NCBI GenBank assembly: GCA_035325905.1
Contig: DAOKYY010000003.1
Location: 15,936 to 79,935 of the forward strand
Source: Aggregatilineaceae bacterium
GTDB lineage: Bacteria; Chloroflexota; Anaerolineae; Aggregatilineales; Aggregatilineaceae
Direction: 5' to 3'
Length of the DNA: 64,000 bases
Part shown: positions 8,150 to 17,230 of the stretch, piece by piece
Position numbering within the stretch: the first letter of the stretch is position 1
Layout: the number at the start of each line of letters is the position of its first letter
The notes under the pieces: model-generated
Databases searched by the model: none
What the model saw: the letters and a program-made list of their open reading frames with translations, nothing else
Told to the model about the DNA's origin: nothing
Position numbers and translations under genes: made by a program

Positions 8150-11100
8150 ATGGAGCGCAGCGCGTTCTGGGCGCTGGCGCTTTGTCTTTGCGCGTGGTGG
8201 ACTAGCGCATCCCGAATGCGGGGGATTATGCCGATCAAGACGACGCTCAGGCTCTGCGCTCTGCTGGCGCTGCTCGGCTTGCTGAGTGGCGCGCTGCTGC
8301 TGGCGCACCGCGCTGGCGCGCAGGAGCCTCGACTCCAATACGGCGACCGCGTCGAAGATGAGATCGGCGCGAGCGGCGCCGCGGACGTGTGGCGCTTCAG
8401 CGGCGGCGCGGGCGATCGGGTGACGATCCGCGTCGAGCGGCTGGAAGGCGATTTCGCTCCGGGGCTGACGGTTCGCGATCCGCAGGGCGTGGCGCTGCTC
8501 GACGTGACGTGGCCGGAGTCCGACGCGCCGGTCTCCGAGGCGACCCTGCGCCTGGCCGACGGCGGCGCGCACGAGATCGAGATCCGGGCGCAGCCGGGTG
8601 GGGCGGGGCGCTACGCGCTGATCCTGATCCTGGCCCAGACAGGCTCGGCAGCCGGGCGGCAGGATGTCGCGCTGAGTTACGGCCAGTCCGTCGCGGGCAG
8701 CCTGAGCGAAGCGTCACCCCAGGCCGCGTGGTCCTTCCGGGGCGAGCCGGGCGACGTCGTCGACGTTGCGCTTGCGCCGGAGGATGGCGCTTTCCAGCCC
8801 TGGGTGACGCTCGTCAGCCCGACCGGCAGTGCGGTCGCCGCGGGCCGTGCGCTGTCCGCTGTGCGGCTGCCGATGGGCGGCATTTACACGATCGACGTGC
8901 GGGCGGCGGAGTCCGCCGCCGGGACGTACCGGCTTGATCTGCGGCTACGTAGCTCGCCGGCGATTGATACCAGTTTCGTTGTCGCGCCGCTGGAGCCGGG
9001 CGTTCCGGCGCGCGGGCGGCTGACGGTGGATGCGCCCACTGCCCGTTATCGTATCAGCGGAGACGCGACGCAGGCTTTGTCGCTCGACCTGTCCGATCCG
9101 CAGGCGCGCGTCGCCGTCGCCGTGCTGACTGAGAACCGCGCGCTGCTGGACTCCTTCGCGGCGATTGGGCAGGTGCGCGCCGCGCTCGCGCCGGTCGGGC
9201 AGGGCGCCCTCTGGCTCGAAATCTCGTCTGCGGATGTCGCGCCGGATCGGCCGCTCGATTTTGAAGTGCGGGCCAGCCCGCTGCGTATGGCGCGCCGCGA
9301 CGCCCGCGCGCTCGGCTTTGACCGCGCGCGGCGTGTTGAGCCAGCGCCCGATCCCGACGCCTGGTTCTTCGACGCGCGGGCCGGCGATCACATTGCGCTG
9401 TCGCTGCGCCCGGACGTGCTGTCGCCCGACGGGGTCGTGCAGCTTTACAGCCCGGCAGGAAATCTGCTGCTCCAGCGCCGGGTCGATTCGGGCTTGGCTC
9501 AGCCGCTGCTGCTGGAACAGACGGGGGTCTACGAGCTGCTGATCCGCACGATTGGCAGCGAGCCGTACACCCTCGGGCTGATGCGGGTGGGCGCGGGCGG
9601 CATCCCCTTCGACCTGATCGTGGATCGGACGCTGCGCGGCCCGCTGCCCGCCACACCCGGACCGGAAGTGACCGGCGAGGTGGGCGCGCGCCAGGGCGAA
9701 GTCTGGACACTCGACATCGCTGAGCCGGGCGCGTGGACCTTTGAGCTTTTTGCGCCGCCAGAGTCCGCGCCGCTCGGTTTGCGGATTGAGGCGCCGGACG
9801 GAGCGGCGCTCGCCGAGCGATTGACCTTGCCGGTCAGCGGGCGCGCCGTCGCCGATCTGCGCTTCGCCGTGCCTGGCCGGTACCAGATTGTCGCGCTCAA
9901 CCCGGCGGCTGAAGGGTCCGCGTCGTACATGCTGCGCGCGGTTCCGGCGGGAGGAGGCGTTTTGCAGCCGGGAAGCCCGGTGCGCGGCGTGCTGATCGAT
10001 ACGCAGCCTGAGCACCGCTGGACCTTTGACCTCACCGCTCCGGCGGTCGTCCAGGTCAGCCTGAGCGCCGCCGCGGGTGGCTCGCCGCCGGAGCTTGCGC
10101 TCGTCGCGCCGGATGGCCTGGTGGCGCCGTTGCTCCCTCTGGTTGGAGCGAGCGCGGCGCAGCCGGGGACCACCTTCGCGTCCGTCGGGGAAAGCGGCGA
10201 ATATAGGCTGGTGGTCCGCGACATTGGGACCGCTACGCACACCCCCTACCAGCTCACTGTCACGACAAGTTCCGCGCCGGGTAGCGACACCCCGGCGATT
10301 TCCCCTGCCGCCCGCGAGCGCCTGATCGCCACGCCGCGCCCACCGCTGGAGCCGCTGGCGGTGAACCCGCGCGAGCAAATCCTGCCCGCGACCCGCCCCG
10401 GCCTTGACGTTCTGGCGAGCGCGCAGCCGGTGGCAATCGGCTCCACCGTGCGCGGGACGATTCCGCCGGGTGCGCAGTACCAGGTCTGGCGATTCCAGGC
10501 GCAGAGCGGCCAGCTGGTCGGGCTGACGGCGGCTGGCCTGGGCGACCGGCCCGCGCCGGACCTGACGCTGCTCGACGAGCAGGGGGCGATCCTGGCGCGC
10601 CGCTTCTCTCCGGCGCGGTCGCTCAACACGTTGCTACACCAATTCACGTCGACCGGGCGGGCGTACATCGTGGCACGCTACGCATCCGGCGAGCGTTACC
10701 TGCTGCGGATCGAGGATCGTGGCGCGCTTGACCGGAGCGCGCGCGGTGTGCTGCCGGGACAGGTGATCGCGCCCGGCGAGACGCTGCGCGGCGAGCTGCT
10801 TGAGCCGGGAACTCCCGCGCATGTGTATTTCTACGCCCATGCTGGCGACGCGATCCGCGCCCAGGTCACGCGTCCGGCTGGCGCAGTCGCCCTGGTGCTG
10901 GAAACGGCTGGCGGCGGCGCGCTGGCGACCGGCGCAAGTGACGCGCCCGATTCTGCCAGCGTCGCGCTGGATTTCCGGATCGGCAACGATGGCCTGTACC
11001 GGCTGGTCGTCCAGCCGGGCGACGGGGTATTCGTGCCCGGCGAGTATGCGCTGCACCTGGCGCTTCGCTCTGGCACCGCGAATACACGCGACGGCGGGCG

Positions 11101-13483
11101 GCTGGAAGACGAGGTCTTCGGCGCGCTCGGCGACGGAAACTCAGCAGATACCTGGTTGTTTGCGGCCGCATCCGGCGAGCGGGTCACGATCACGGCTGCT
11201 CCGGCGGATGGCGGCGCGCTGCCGCTTCGCATCGAGCTGGCGGACACCGCCGGGACGCCGTTCGCGGTGCGCGAGACACTGATCGGCGCTCAGACATTGG
11301 CGCTGGAGGCAATTAGCCTGCCGCGCACCGGCGTCTACCGGTTGATCGTGCGCGCGGCGCGCGGCGAGAGCGGCCCCTATCGCCTGCGCCTGGAGCGGGA
11401 CCTCAGCAGTCTGAGCGACGCCCAGCACATCCTGCCGCTAAATCGGACTACCAGCCGGGTCCTCACCGCGAGCAACACGCTCGATGTCTGGACCTTCGCC
11501 GCGACGGAAGGCGACGTGATTTCGGCCGAGGCGCGTGTCACGCATGGCGACCCATCCCCGTTGAGCTTCCAGATTCGCACGCAGAACGGAGGCGTGGTAG
11601 CGACCGTCAGCGGCGACGCGTCCGGCCGGGCGGTCGCGCCCCAGGTCCTGCTGCCCGTGACCGGGCATTACACGATCGCGGTGGGTATCCTCGACGCGGC
11701 GTATACCGGCGCGCTGACGTATGAGCTAACCGCGCTGCTCGAAAGCACCCAGGCGCGCTCGATGGGCGCTGTGTTGGAGCCGGAGCAGAGCGGCGCGGGC
11801 GCGCTGAGCAGCGCGGACATCCGCGATGTCTGGCTGTTCGAGGGGCGGCAGGGCGATCTCGCGCAGGTGGTTGTCATCGCCCGAGAAGGCGGCCTGGCTG
11901 CCAGCCTGCTCTCGACGGACTGGCACGCCGCCAGCGCCGCCGGACGGCCAGACGCGCTGGCTTCTGCCGAGCGAAGCGACGCCGGACTGCTGGCGCTCGA
12001 CCCGGTCGCGCTGCCCGCGGACGGCGTCTACGCCATCGACCTGAGCGCGCCGCCTGCCGCGCCGGCGGGCTACATCGTGCACCTGGCCTCGGAGCCGGCC
12101 GGGGCGCTGCCCGCTGCTCCGCTGCCACCCGGCGGCGCCGTCGAAGGGCGACTCTCGTCCACGACTCTGCGCCAGGCGTGGACCTTTGCGGGACAGCAGG
12201 GCGACGTCGTGACGCTGCGCGTGGCGAGTGACAGCCGGGGCACGCTTTCTCCGGCGCTGGCGCTGTACGCGCCGGGCGGTGAAACGCTGGCGCTCGCCCA
12301 GGCGGGGCCGGAAGGCGAAGCGCAGATTCAGCCCTACGCGCTACCGGAGAGCGGGCTTTACACCTTCTCGGTCACGCGGCGGCTGGGACCACTCGGCGGG
12401 ACTGAGGGGCGCTACCGGGTCGATCTGATGTTGGAGCCTGCGCCCGCGCCCGCGACGCGCTTGCTGCGCTACGGGCAGGTCGGGCGAAGCTGGATCAACG
12501 CCTCGGCGCCGGTCGAGGAATGGGTCTTCGAAGGCGAAGCGGGCGACGTGATCGAGGCCGAAGTGAGCGTGCTGAGCGGGACGCTCGACCCGGTGCTGCG
12601 GCTTTTTGGTCCGGGCGGCGCGCAGTTAGCCGCCACCGACCGCGACGCAGGGGTCGCGCCTCGCCTGCGCGCCCGGCTGGAGACAAGCGGCATGTTCCGG
12701 CTGGAGGTGGCGCGGGCCGCCGGTGCCTACGGGCTGACCCAGGGGAACTACGCGCTGTCCCTCGATCGCGTCTACCGCGCCGCGCCGTTGCGCGCTGAGC
12801 GTATGGTGGGCTACGGCCAGCGTGTGAGCGGGACTGTCGATGATCAGACGCCAGCCGAGGTGTGGGCCTTCGCAGGCGCGCAGGGCGACGAAATCCTCGC
12901 CGGGGTTCGCTTTTTGACCGATGACGCGCCGCTCGTACTGACCCTGCTCGACCCGTCCGGGGCCGCGCTTGCCAGCGGCGTGCGCGCCGGTGGGCGGGCG
13001 GTGATCGAGGGGCTGACGCTGCCGTATACCGGCGTCTACCTGCTCGAAGTACGCCAGACTTCCGATACGCGTGGCGTCTTCAGCCCCTACGAGCTAGAGC
13101 TTTTGCTTGAAGGTAGCGCGCCCGGCGCGGAGTCGCCAGGCGGCGTGCTGAAGCCGGGCGCACCAGTCCAGGCCCAGTTCAGCGCGCCCGCGCAGGCGCA
13201 CGCCTGGTTGGTGCGCGCCGATGCGGGGCAGCACGCGGTCTTGAGCCTCGTCCGGTTGGAGGGGAATCTCGCAGTCCAGGTCGCTCTGCTCGCGCCGGAT
13301 GGGACGCTGGTGCTCGAAGCTGAGTCTGCTCCCGGCGCGGCGGCGCTGACCAGCGGGCTGCTGGTCTTTCCGCAAGAGGGCCTGTACGCCGTCGTGATCA
13401 CGGCCCGCGATGGCGCGCTGGGGCTGCGCTACCGGCTTCAGCTTCAGCCGCTCGACGCGTCTTCGGAGCCGCCGGTCGAGTAG
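8150..13483 (+). CDS. Giant secreted repeat protein, about 15 tandem PPC-like (pre-peptidase C-terminal type) beta-sandwich domains
   Basis: Signal-peptide-like MPIKTTLRLCALLALLGLLSGALLLAHRAGAQ, with alternative starts at 8216 and 8228. A unit of about 100 aa then recurs roughly 15 times. Its pattern is G..V.G.L....D.W.F.G..GD.V.I....D..L.L..P.G..LA...G.Y.L.V....G.Y.L.L. Confidence 0.8.
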   Translation: MERSAFWALALCLCAWWTSASRMRGIMPIKTTLRLCALLALLGLLSGALLLAHRAGAQEPRLQYGDRVEDEIGASGAADVWRFSGGAGDRVTIRVERLEGDFAPGLTVRDPQGVALLDVTWPESDAPVSEATLRLADGGAHEIEIRAQPGGAGRYALILILAQTGSAAGRQDVALSYGQSVAGSLSEASPQAAWSFRGEPGDVVDVALAPEDGAFQPWVTLVSPTGSAVAAGRALSAVRLPMGGIYTIDVRAAESAAGTYRLDLRLRSSPAIDTSFVVAPLEPGVPARGRLTVDAPTARYRISGDATQALSLDLSDPQARVAVAVLTENRALLDSFAAIGQVRAALAPVGQGALWLEISSADVAPDRPLDFEVRASPLRMARRDARALGFDRARRVEPAPDPDAWFFDARAGDHIALSLRPDVLSPDGVVQLYSPAGNLLLQRRVDSGLAQPLLLEQTGVYELLIRTIGSEPYTLGLMRVGAGGIPFDLIVDRTLRGPLPATPGPEVTGEVGARQGEVWTLDIAEPGAWTFELFAPPESAPLGLRIEAPDGAALAERLTLPVSGRAVADLRFAVPGRYQIVALNPAAEGSASYMLRAVPAGGGVLQPGSPVRGVLIDTQPEHRWTFDLTAPAVVQVSLSAAAGGSPPELALVAPDGLVAPLLPLVGASAAQPGTTFASVGESGEYRLVVRDIGTATHTPYQLTVTTSSAPGSDTPAISPAARERLIATPRPPLEPLAVNPREQILPATRPGLDVLASAQPVAIGSTVRGTIPPGAQYQVWRFQAQSGQLVGLTAAGLGDRPAPDLTLLDEQGAILARRFSPARSLNTLLHQFTSTGRAYIVARYASGERYLLRIEDRGALDRSARGVLPGQVIAPGETLRGELLEPGTPAHVYFYAHAGDAIRAQVTRPAGAVALVLETAGGGALATGASDAPDSASVALDFRIGNDGLYRLVVQPGDGVFVPGEYALHLALRSGTANTRDGGRLEDEVFGALGDGNSADTWLFAAASGERVTITAAPADGGALPLRIELADTAGTPFAVRETLIGAQTLALEAISLPRTGVYRLIVRAARGESGPYRLRLERDLSSLSDAQHILPLNRTTSRVLTASNTLDVWTFAATEGDVISAEARVTHGDPSPLSFQIRTQNGGVVATVSGDASGRAVAPQVLLPVTGHYTIAVGILDAAYTGALTYELTALLESTQARSMGAVLEPEQSGAGALSSADIRDVWLFEGRQGDLAQVVVIAREGGLAASLLSTDWHAASAAGRPDALASAERSDAGLLALDPVALPADGVYAIDLSAPPAAPAGYIVHLASEPAGALPAAPLPPGGAVEGRLSSTTLRQAWTFAGQQGDVVTLRVASDSRGTLSPALALYAPGGETLALAQAGPEGEAQIQPYALPESGLYTFSVTRRLGPLGGTEGRYRVDLMLEPAPAPATRLLRYGQVGRSWINASAPVEEWVFEGEAGDVIEAEVSVLSGTLDPVLRLFGPGGAQLAATDRDAGVAPRLRARLETSGMFRLEVARAAGAYGLTQGNYALSLDRVYRAAPLRAERMVGYGQRVSGTVDDQTPAEVWAFAGAQGDEILAGVRFLTDDAPLVLTLLDPSGAALASGVRAGGRAVIEGLTLPYTGVYLLEVRQTSDTRGVFSPYELELLLEGSAPGAESPGGVLKPGAPVQAQFSAPAQAHAWLVRADAGQHAVLSLVRLEGNLAVQVALLAPDGTLVLEAESAPGAAALTSGLLVFPQEGLYAVVITARDGALGLRYRLQLQPLDASSEPPVE

Positions 13484-13526
13484 GGGCTATCCGAAGCCGG
13501 TGACGCTGTGCACCACGTAACAAAAA

Positions 13527-13556
13527 GCGGACCCGGTCGGGTCCGCTGCTCGTTTT
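13527..13556. terminator. Hairpin terminator, probably bidirectional (giant gene / tRNA-Leu)
   Basis: GCGGACCC-GGTC-GGGTCCGC perfect 8-bp stem. It is followed by TGCTCGTTTT and preceded by CAAAAA. Confidence 0.7.
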
Positions 13557-13575
13557 GCCGCGAGTGATACGGGTA

Positions 13576-13658
13576 TGCCCTGGAGAGGACTCGAACCTCC
13601 ACGCCCGAACGGGCACAGGCCCTCAACCTGCCGCGTATGCCAATTCCGCCACCAGGGC
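13576..13658 (-). tRNA. tRNA-Leu (anticodon GAG), type II with long variable arm
   Basis: Reverse complement GCCCTGGTGGCGGAATTGGCATACGCGGCAGGTTGAGGGCCTGTGCCCGTTCGGGCGTGGAGGTTCGAGTCCTCTCCAGGGCA. It has a 7-bp acceptor stem, TTGAGGG anticodon loop, long variable arm and TTCGAGT T loop. Confidence 0.9.
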
Positions 13659-13714
13659 TTTGCTGCCCGAAATTATACACGCCGGGAGGGAGATGTCAAT
13701 GGTCACACGCGGGG

Positions 13715-13743
13715 TTGGCAGGAGGCGGCGAGCCGCGTACAAT
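13715..13743 (+). promoter_or_regulatory. Candidate promoter for plsX (TTGGCA-17-TACAAT)
   Basis: TTGGCA at 13715..13720 and TACAAT at 13738..13743, 17-nt spacer, 60 nt upstream of the plsX ATG. Confidence 0.5.
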
Positions 13744-13802
13744 CAGGCGAACAGTCTTCGACAAGAGCCTGGGTGGCGGGCACACAGACGAGCAACCACG
13801 CG

Positions 13803-14810
13803 ATGCGGATTGTTGTAGACGCAATGGGCAGCGACAATCATCCTGCGCCGGATGTTGCTGGGGCGGTGCTGGCGGCGCGCGAGTGTGGCGACATAATCGT
13901 CCTGGCTGGCGATCGCGAGCGGGTTAACGCGGAGCTTGCGAAGCATGACACGGCCGGGCTGGCGCTGGAGGTGATCCACGCGCCGCAAGCTGTCACGATG
14001 GACGACAAGCCCGGCGCGGTTGGCCGCACCAAGCCGGAGTCGTCGATGCACGTGGGGATGCGCCTGGTCGCGGACGGTGAGGCGGACGCGTTCGTGACCG
14101 CCGGCAACACCGGCGCGGCGCTCGCCATCGCGACGCTGCACACGCTCAAGCGCATTCGTGGCGTGCACCGTCCCGCCCTCTCGACCATCCTCGCGCTGAA
14201 CGGCCAGTCGATTATCTTGCTGGACATCGGCGCGAACACAGACACGCGCCCGGAGTGGCTCGCGCAGTACGGCGTGATGGGCAGCCTGTACGCCGAGCGG
14301 GCGCTCGGCACGCGCCAGCCGCGCGTGGCGCTGGTCTCGAATGGCGAGGAGGCAGGCAAGGGAACGACGCTGGTTCAGGAAGCGGCGGAACTCTTGCGGG
14401 ACGCCGGTGTTAACTTCATAGGCAACGCCGAGCCGAAAGAAGTGCTCGGCGGCGCGGTGGATGTCGCCGTGATGGACGGCTTCACCGGCAACGTGATGAT
14501 CAAGACGATGGAAGCCACCGGCCAGACGATTTTCGGCCTGCTGCGGCGCGAGCTGACCGCAGACAGTCGCGGAAAACTCGGCGGGCTGCTGGTCAAGCCC
14601 GCGCTGCGCCGGACCTATCGCCAGCTCGACCCCTTTGAGATCGGCGGGGCGCCGCTGCTGGGAGTCAACGGGGTCGTGATCATCGGGCACGGGCGGTCTA
14701 ACGCGCTGGCAGTCAAAAACGCGATCCGGCAGGCGCGCGCGGCGGTCAGTGGCGGCATTGTCGAGGCCATCCGCGATGGGCTGGGCCGCGCGCCGGTTGA
14801 GAACGATTAG
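13803..14810 (+). CDS. plsX: Phosphate acyltransferase PlsX
   Basis: MRIVVDAMGSDNHP start at ATG 13803. The ORF-track start at 13575 overlaps tRNA-Leu and is rejected. PlsX-like throughout (FVTAGNTGA, DGFTGNV). Confidence 0.9.
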   Translation: MRIVVDAMGSDNHPAPDVAGAVLAARECGDIIVLAGDRERVNAELAKHDTAGLALEVIHAPQAVTMDDKPGAVGRTKPESSMHVGMRLVADGEADAFVTAGNTGAALAIATLHTLKRIRGVHRPALSTILALNGQSIILLDIGANTDTRPEWLAQYGVMGSLYAERALGTRQPRVALVSNGEEAGKGTTLVQEAAELLRDAGVNFIGNAEPKEVLGGAVDVAVMDGFTGNVMIKTMEATGQTIFGLLRRELTADSRGKLGGLLVKPALRRTYRQLDPFEIGGAPLLGVNGVVIIGHGRSNALAVKNAIRQARAAVSGGIVEAIRDGLGRAPVEND

Positions 14811-14843
14811 CCTGGCTTCGAGCGGAGAAGCAAAGGAACAGGA

Positions 14844-16106
14844 ATGATGGAATTCACGCGCAATGGTTGGAAACGTGTGGTCATTACCGGGATGGGCGCG
14901 GTCACGCCCCTGGGCCGTTTCCCCTCCTTTTGGGAGCGGCTGAAGCGCGGCGAGTCGGGTATCCGGCGCATCCAGGCGTTCGATCCGTCCGATCTCGAAG
15001 TGCAGATCGCCGGAGAAGTGCAGGACTTCGACCCGACCGAGTACGTCGAGCCGAAAGAGGCGCGCCGCATGTCGCGCGCGTCGCAGTTCGGCGTCACGGC
15101 GGCGCTGGACGCGCTGGCCGACGCGGGCATGACCGTCGCCGACCTGGAGCCGATCCAGGACCGCGTCGGCGTCGATTTTGGCTCGTCGATGGGCGGGCAT
15201 GACCTGGCGCAGCAGGCGTCGTTTGGCTACCGCTCGAAGGGGCGCCGGCCGGGGCCGTTCTCGCTGATCCAGTCGCTGCCGAATATCCCGGCGCACTATG
15301 TCAGCCGCGTGACCGGCGCGCTGGGGCCGCTGGTGTGTGTGTCCACCGCCTGCGCGACTGGCACGCACAGCATCGGCGACGGGCTGGACATGATCCGGCA
15401 CGGCCGGGCGGACGTGGTTTTCGCTGGCGGGGTGGAGGCGATGATCCTCGATTACGCGATCGCCGGGTTCATTTCGATGACGGCGCTGGCAACCGGCTAC
15501 AACGACGCGCCGGAGAAGTCCAGCCGTCCTTTCGACGCCAACCGCAACGGCTTCGTGTTTGGCGAGGGCGCGGGCGTCATGATCCTGGAGACGCTGGAAC
15601 GCGCCATCAAGCGCGGCGCGCGCATCTACGGCGAAGTGGTGGGCATGTCCACGTCGTCGGACTCGTACCATGTCGCTGCGCCGGACCCCGATGGACGCGG
15701 GGCGCAGAACGCCATGAAGTGGGCGCTGCAAGACGCCGGGCTGAACCCGGAAGACATCGACTATATCAACGCGCACGGCACCAGCACGCCGCTCAACGAC
15801 GTGATCGAGACCAACGCGATCAAGAAGGTCTTTGGCGAGCACGCCTACGACATCATGGTGAACTCGACCAAGAGCATGATCGGCCATTTGCTGGGCGGCG
15901 CGGGCGCGGTCGAAGGCATCGCCTCGGTGATGAGCCTCTACGAGAAGATGGTCCACCCGACGATCAACTATGAGACGCCTGACCCGGAGTGCGATCTCGA
16001 TTACGTGCCGAACGAGGCGCGTGAGGCGAAGGGCATCCGCTACGCGCTGTCGAACAGCTTTGGGCTGGGCGGGCAGAACGCCTGCGTGATCTTTGGAGCC
16101 GTCTAG
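14844..16106 (+). CDS. fabF: 3-oxoacyl-ACP synthase II
   Basis: Active-site Cys context VSTACATGTHSIG. Catalytic His motifs NAHGTSTPLND and GHLLGGAG. AGGA-type RBS upstream. Confidence 0.9.
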   Translation: MMEFTRNGWKRVVITGMGAVTPLGRFPSFWERLKRGESGIRRIQAFDPSDLEVQIAGEVQDFDPTEYVEPKEARRMSRASQFGVTAALDALADAGMTVADLEPIQDRVGVDFGSSMGGHDLAQQASFGYRSKGRRPGPFSLIQSLPNIPAHYVSRVTGALGPLVCVSTACATGTHSIGDGLDMIRHGRADVVFAGGVEAMILDYAIAGFISMTALATGYNDAPEKSSRPFDANRNGFVFGEGAGVMILETLERAIKRGARIYGEVVGMSTSSDSYHVAAPDPDGRGAQNAMKWALQDAGLNPEDIDYINAHGTSTPLNDVIETNAIKKVFGEHAYDIMVNSTKSMIGHLLGGAGAVEGIASVMSLYEKMVHPTINYETPDPECDLDYVPNEAREAKGIRYALSNSFGLGGQNACVIFGAV

Positions 16107-16148
16107 CTCGCGATTGCGCCCGGGAACGGGTGCCGGTTGGAAACAGAC

Positions 16149-16183
16149 GCGCGGCGCGGGGGTTCGCAAATCCCGCGCCGCGC
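16149..16183. terminator. Hairpin between convergent fabF and the transglycosylase gene
   Basis: GCGCGGCGCGGG (16149..16160) pairs perfectly with CCCGCGCCGCGC (16172..16183), an 11-nt loop, followed by TTGTCGTGCGTT. Confidence 0.6.
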
Positions 16184-16221
16184 TTGTCGTGCGTTCTGTC
16201 ACCGAAGACGCTGGCCTGCGA

Positions 16222-17025
16222 TTAGCCCGGCAGCGCCGCGACGGCGACCTGCTGCTGGTATTGCGCTTCCAGGCGCTGCTGCGTCTGCCGTGCGCGGTTG
16301 CACAGCGATTGGCCCCCGGCGTTCAGCCAGTCTTGCAGCGCCGCGCTGGTCTCCGCGCCAGACGTCGCCTCGGTGTAGATTTGCGAACCCCACTGGTAAT
16401 AACGCTTCGTCTCAGAATGCCAGGTCGCCCAGCCGCGATTGATCACGCCGTGCCCGCCGTTGTACCCGGCCAGGGCCAGCCCGACGTGCCCATCCGCGAT
16501 CTGAAGTCCCTCGGCCAGATAGTTCATGCCGCGCAGCGCGTTGGTCTGCACGTCGAGCATGTCTTCGCCGGGCGCGAAGTGGAACGGCATGACCTGGAAC
16601 AACCCTTGCGCTCCGGCGGACGACGACACGGTCGGGTCGCCGCAGCTTTCGATCTGGATCACGGTCGCGATCACGTTCGGATCGACCTGATAGATCAGCC
16701 CCCAGGCGCGGATCATCGGCTCCCAGTATTGCACCTCAGGGGTGAAGACGGGAGAGAGGGTAGACTGCGCCGCCTCTGGGCCGACGGCGCTGGTCGCGTA
16801 GAACGGGCGGTTGGTGTCCACCACGCTGACGCTCTGCACCGGCTCCGGCAGAACAAGCGCCGCGCCGGTGAACGAGCCGGTGAAGCCCATGATCGCGCAC
16901 AGCACGATCAGCACGATCGCCAGCCCCAGCCAGCGCGGGCCGAGCGTGCGGCGGCGATGCTCACGCTCCGGCGCGGCCTTCGCCGCGCGGTTTTTCAGTT
17001 CGGTTTGGGTGGTCGGTTGTTTCAT
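16222..17025 (-). CDS. Membrane-anchored lytic transglycosylase (SLT domain)
   Basis: IESCGDP...GAQGLFQVMPFHF catalytic Glu-Ser context. AGYNGGHGV. N-terminal TM segment. Confidence 0.8.
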   Translation of the reverse strand: MKQPTTQTELKNRAAKAAPEREHRRRTLGPRWLGLAIVLIVLCAIMGFTGSFTGAALVLPEPVQSVSVVDTNRPFYATSAVGPEAAQSTLSPVFTPEVQYWEPMIRAWGLIYQVDPNVIATVIQIESCGDPTVSSSAGAQGLFQVMPFHFAPGEDMLDVQTNALRGMNYLAEGLQIADGHVGLALAGYNGGHGVINRGWATWHSETKRYYQWGSQIYTEATSGAETSAALQDWLNAGGQSLCNRARQTQQRLEAQYQQQVAVAALPG

Positions 17026-17071
17026 CGATTCCCGGCTAAATTAGAACAGATGTTCCGATTGGACTACCCTA

Positions 17072-17100
17072 AGAATACCCTAATCCGCCCCCGGAGTCAA
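17072..17100 (-). promoter_or_regulatory. Candidate promoter for the transglycosylase gene (TTGACT-17-TATTCT)
   Basis: On the minus strand, TTGACT is at 17095..17100 and TATTCT at 17072..17077, 17-nt spacer, inside an AT-rich 193-bp divergent intergenic region. Confidence 0.45.
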
Positions 17101-17230
17101 TAAGGCTGCATTAGAGAATCCATAATATTCCATTAAGAAATCGCCGCAAATCATAACGCAAAATCCGCCGTTTTAGCCGGGCGCTATCCGGTATAATCAA
17201 GATCATGAACGTCAGCGCGTGCGCGTCTTA

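Noticed and set aside
8945-10378. 477-aa minus-strand ORF, plus several 60-240-aa ORFs, inside the giant repeat-protein gene
   Set aside because: These are shadow ORFs. The plus-strand frame carries a coherent 15-fold domain periodicity and a signal peptide.
8150-13483. CRISPR-like or satellite DNA periodicity in the giant gene
   Set aside because: The periodicity is at protein-domain level (about 300 nt units) with divergent nucleotide sequence. There are no short identical direct repeats with unique spacers anywhere in the window.
13575-13802. ORF-track N-terminal extensions: plsX from 13575. Also cobO to 24254, the response regulator to 27094, rbsK to 28092, the kinase from 42305, the SH3b gene to 53294, dgt from 56435, fadD to 47944
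   Set aside because: In each case the family-typical N-terminus starts at an internal ATG/GTG. The extension is Arg/Pro-rich, overlaps a tRNA or a neighbouring gene, or lies upstream of the predicted promoter.
13743-16202. 819-aa minus-strand ORF spanning plsX and fabF
   Set aside because: The opposite strand encodes two proteins with unmistakable PlsX and FabF motifs. The long ORF is Arg/Ala/Gly/His-rich with no motif. It is a typical stop-poor antisense shadow frame of GC-rich DNA.
17026-17218. c-di-AMP (ydaO-type) riboswitch upstream of the lytic transglycosylase gene
   Set aside because: The context is suggestive, since such riboswitches precede cell-wall hydrolase genes in some phyla. 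However the region is AT-rich, the best promoter leaves only about 50 nt of leader, and I see none of the conserved G/C-rich ydaO core segments.
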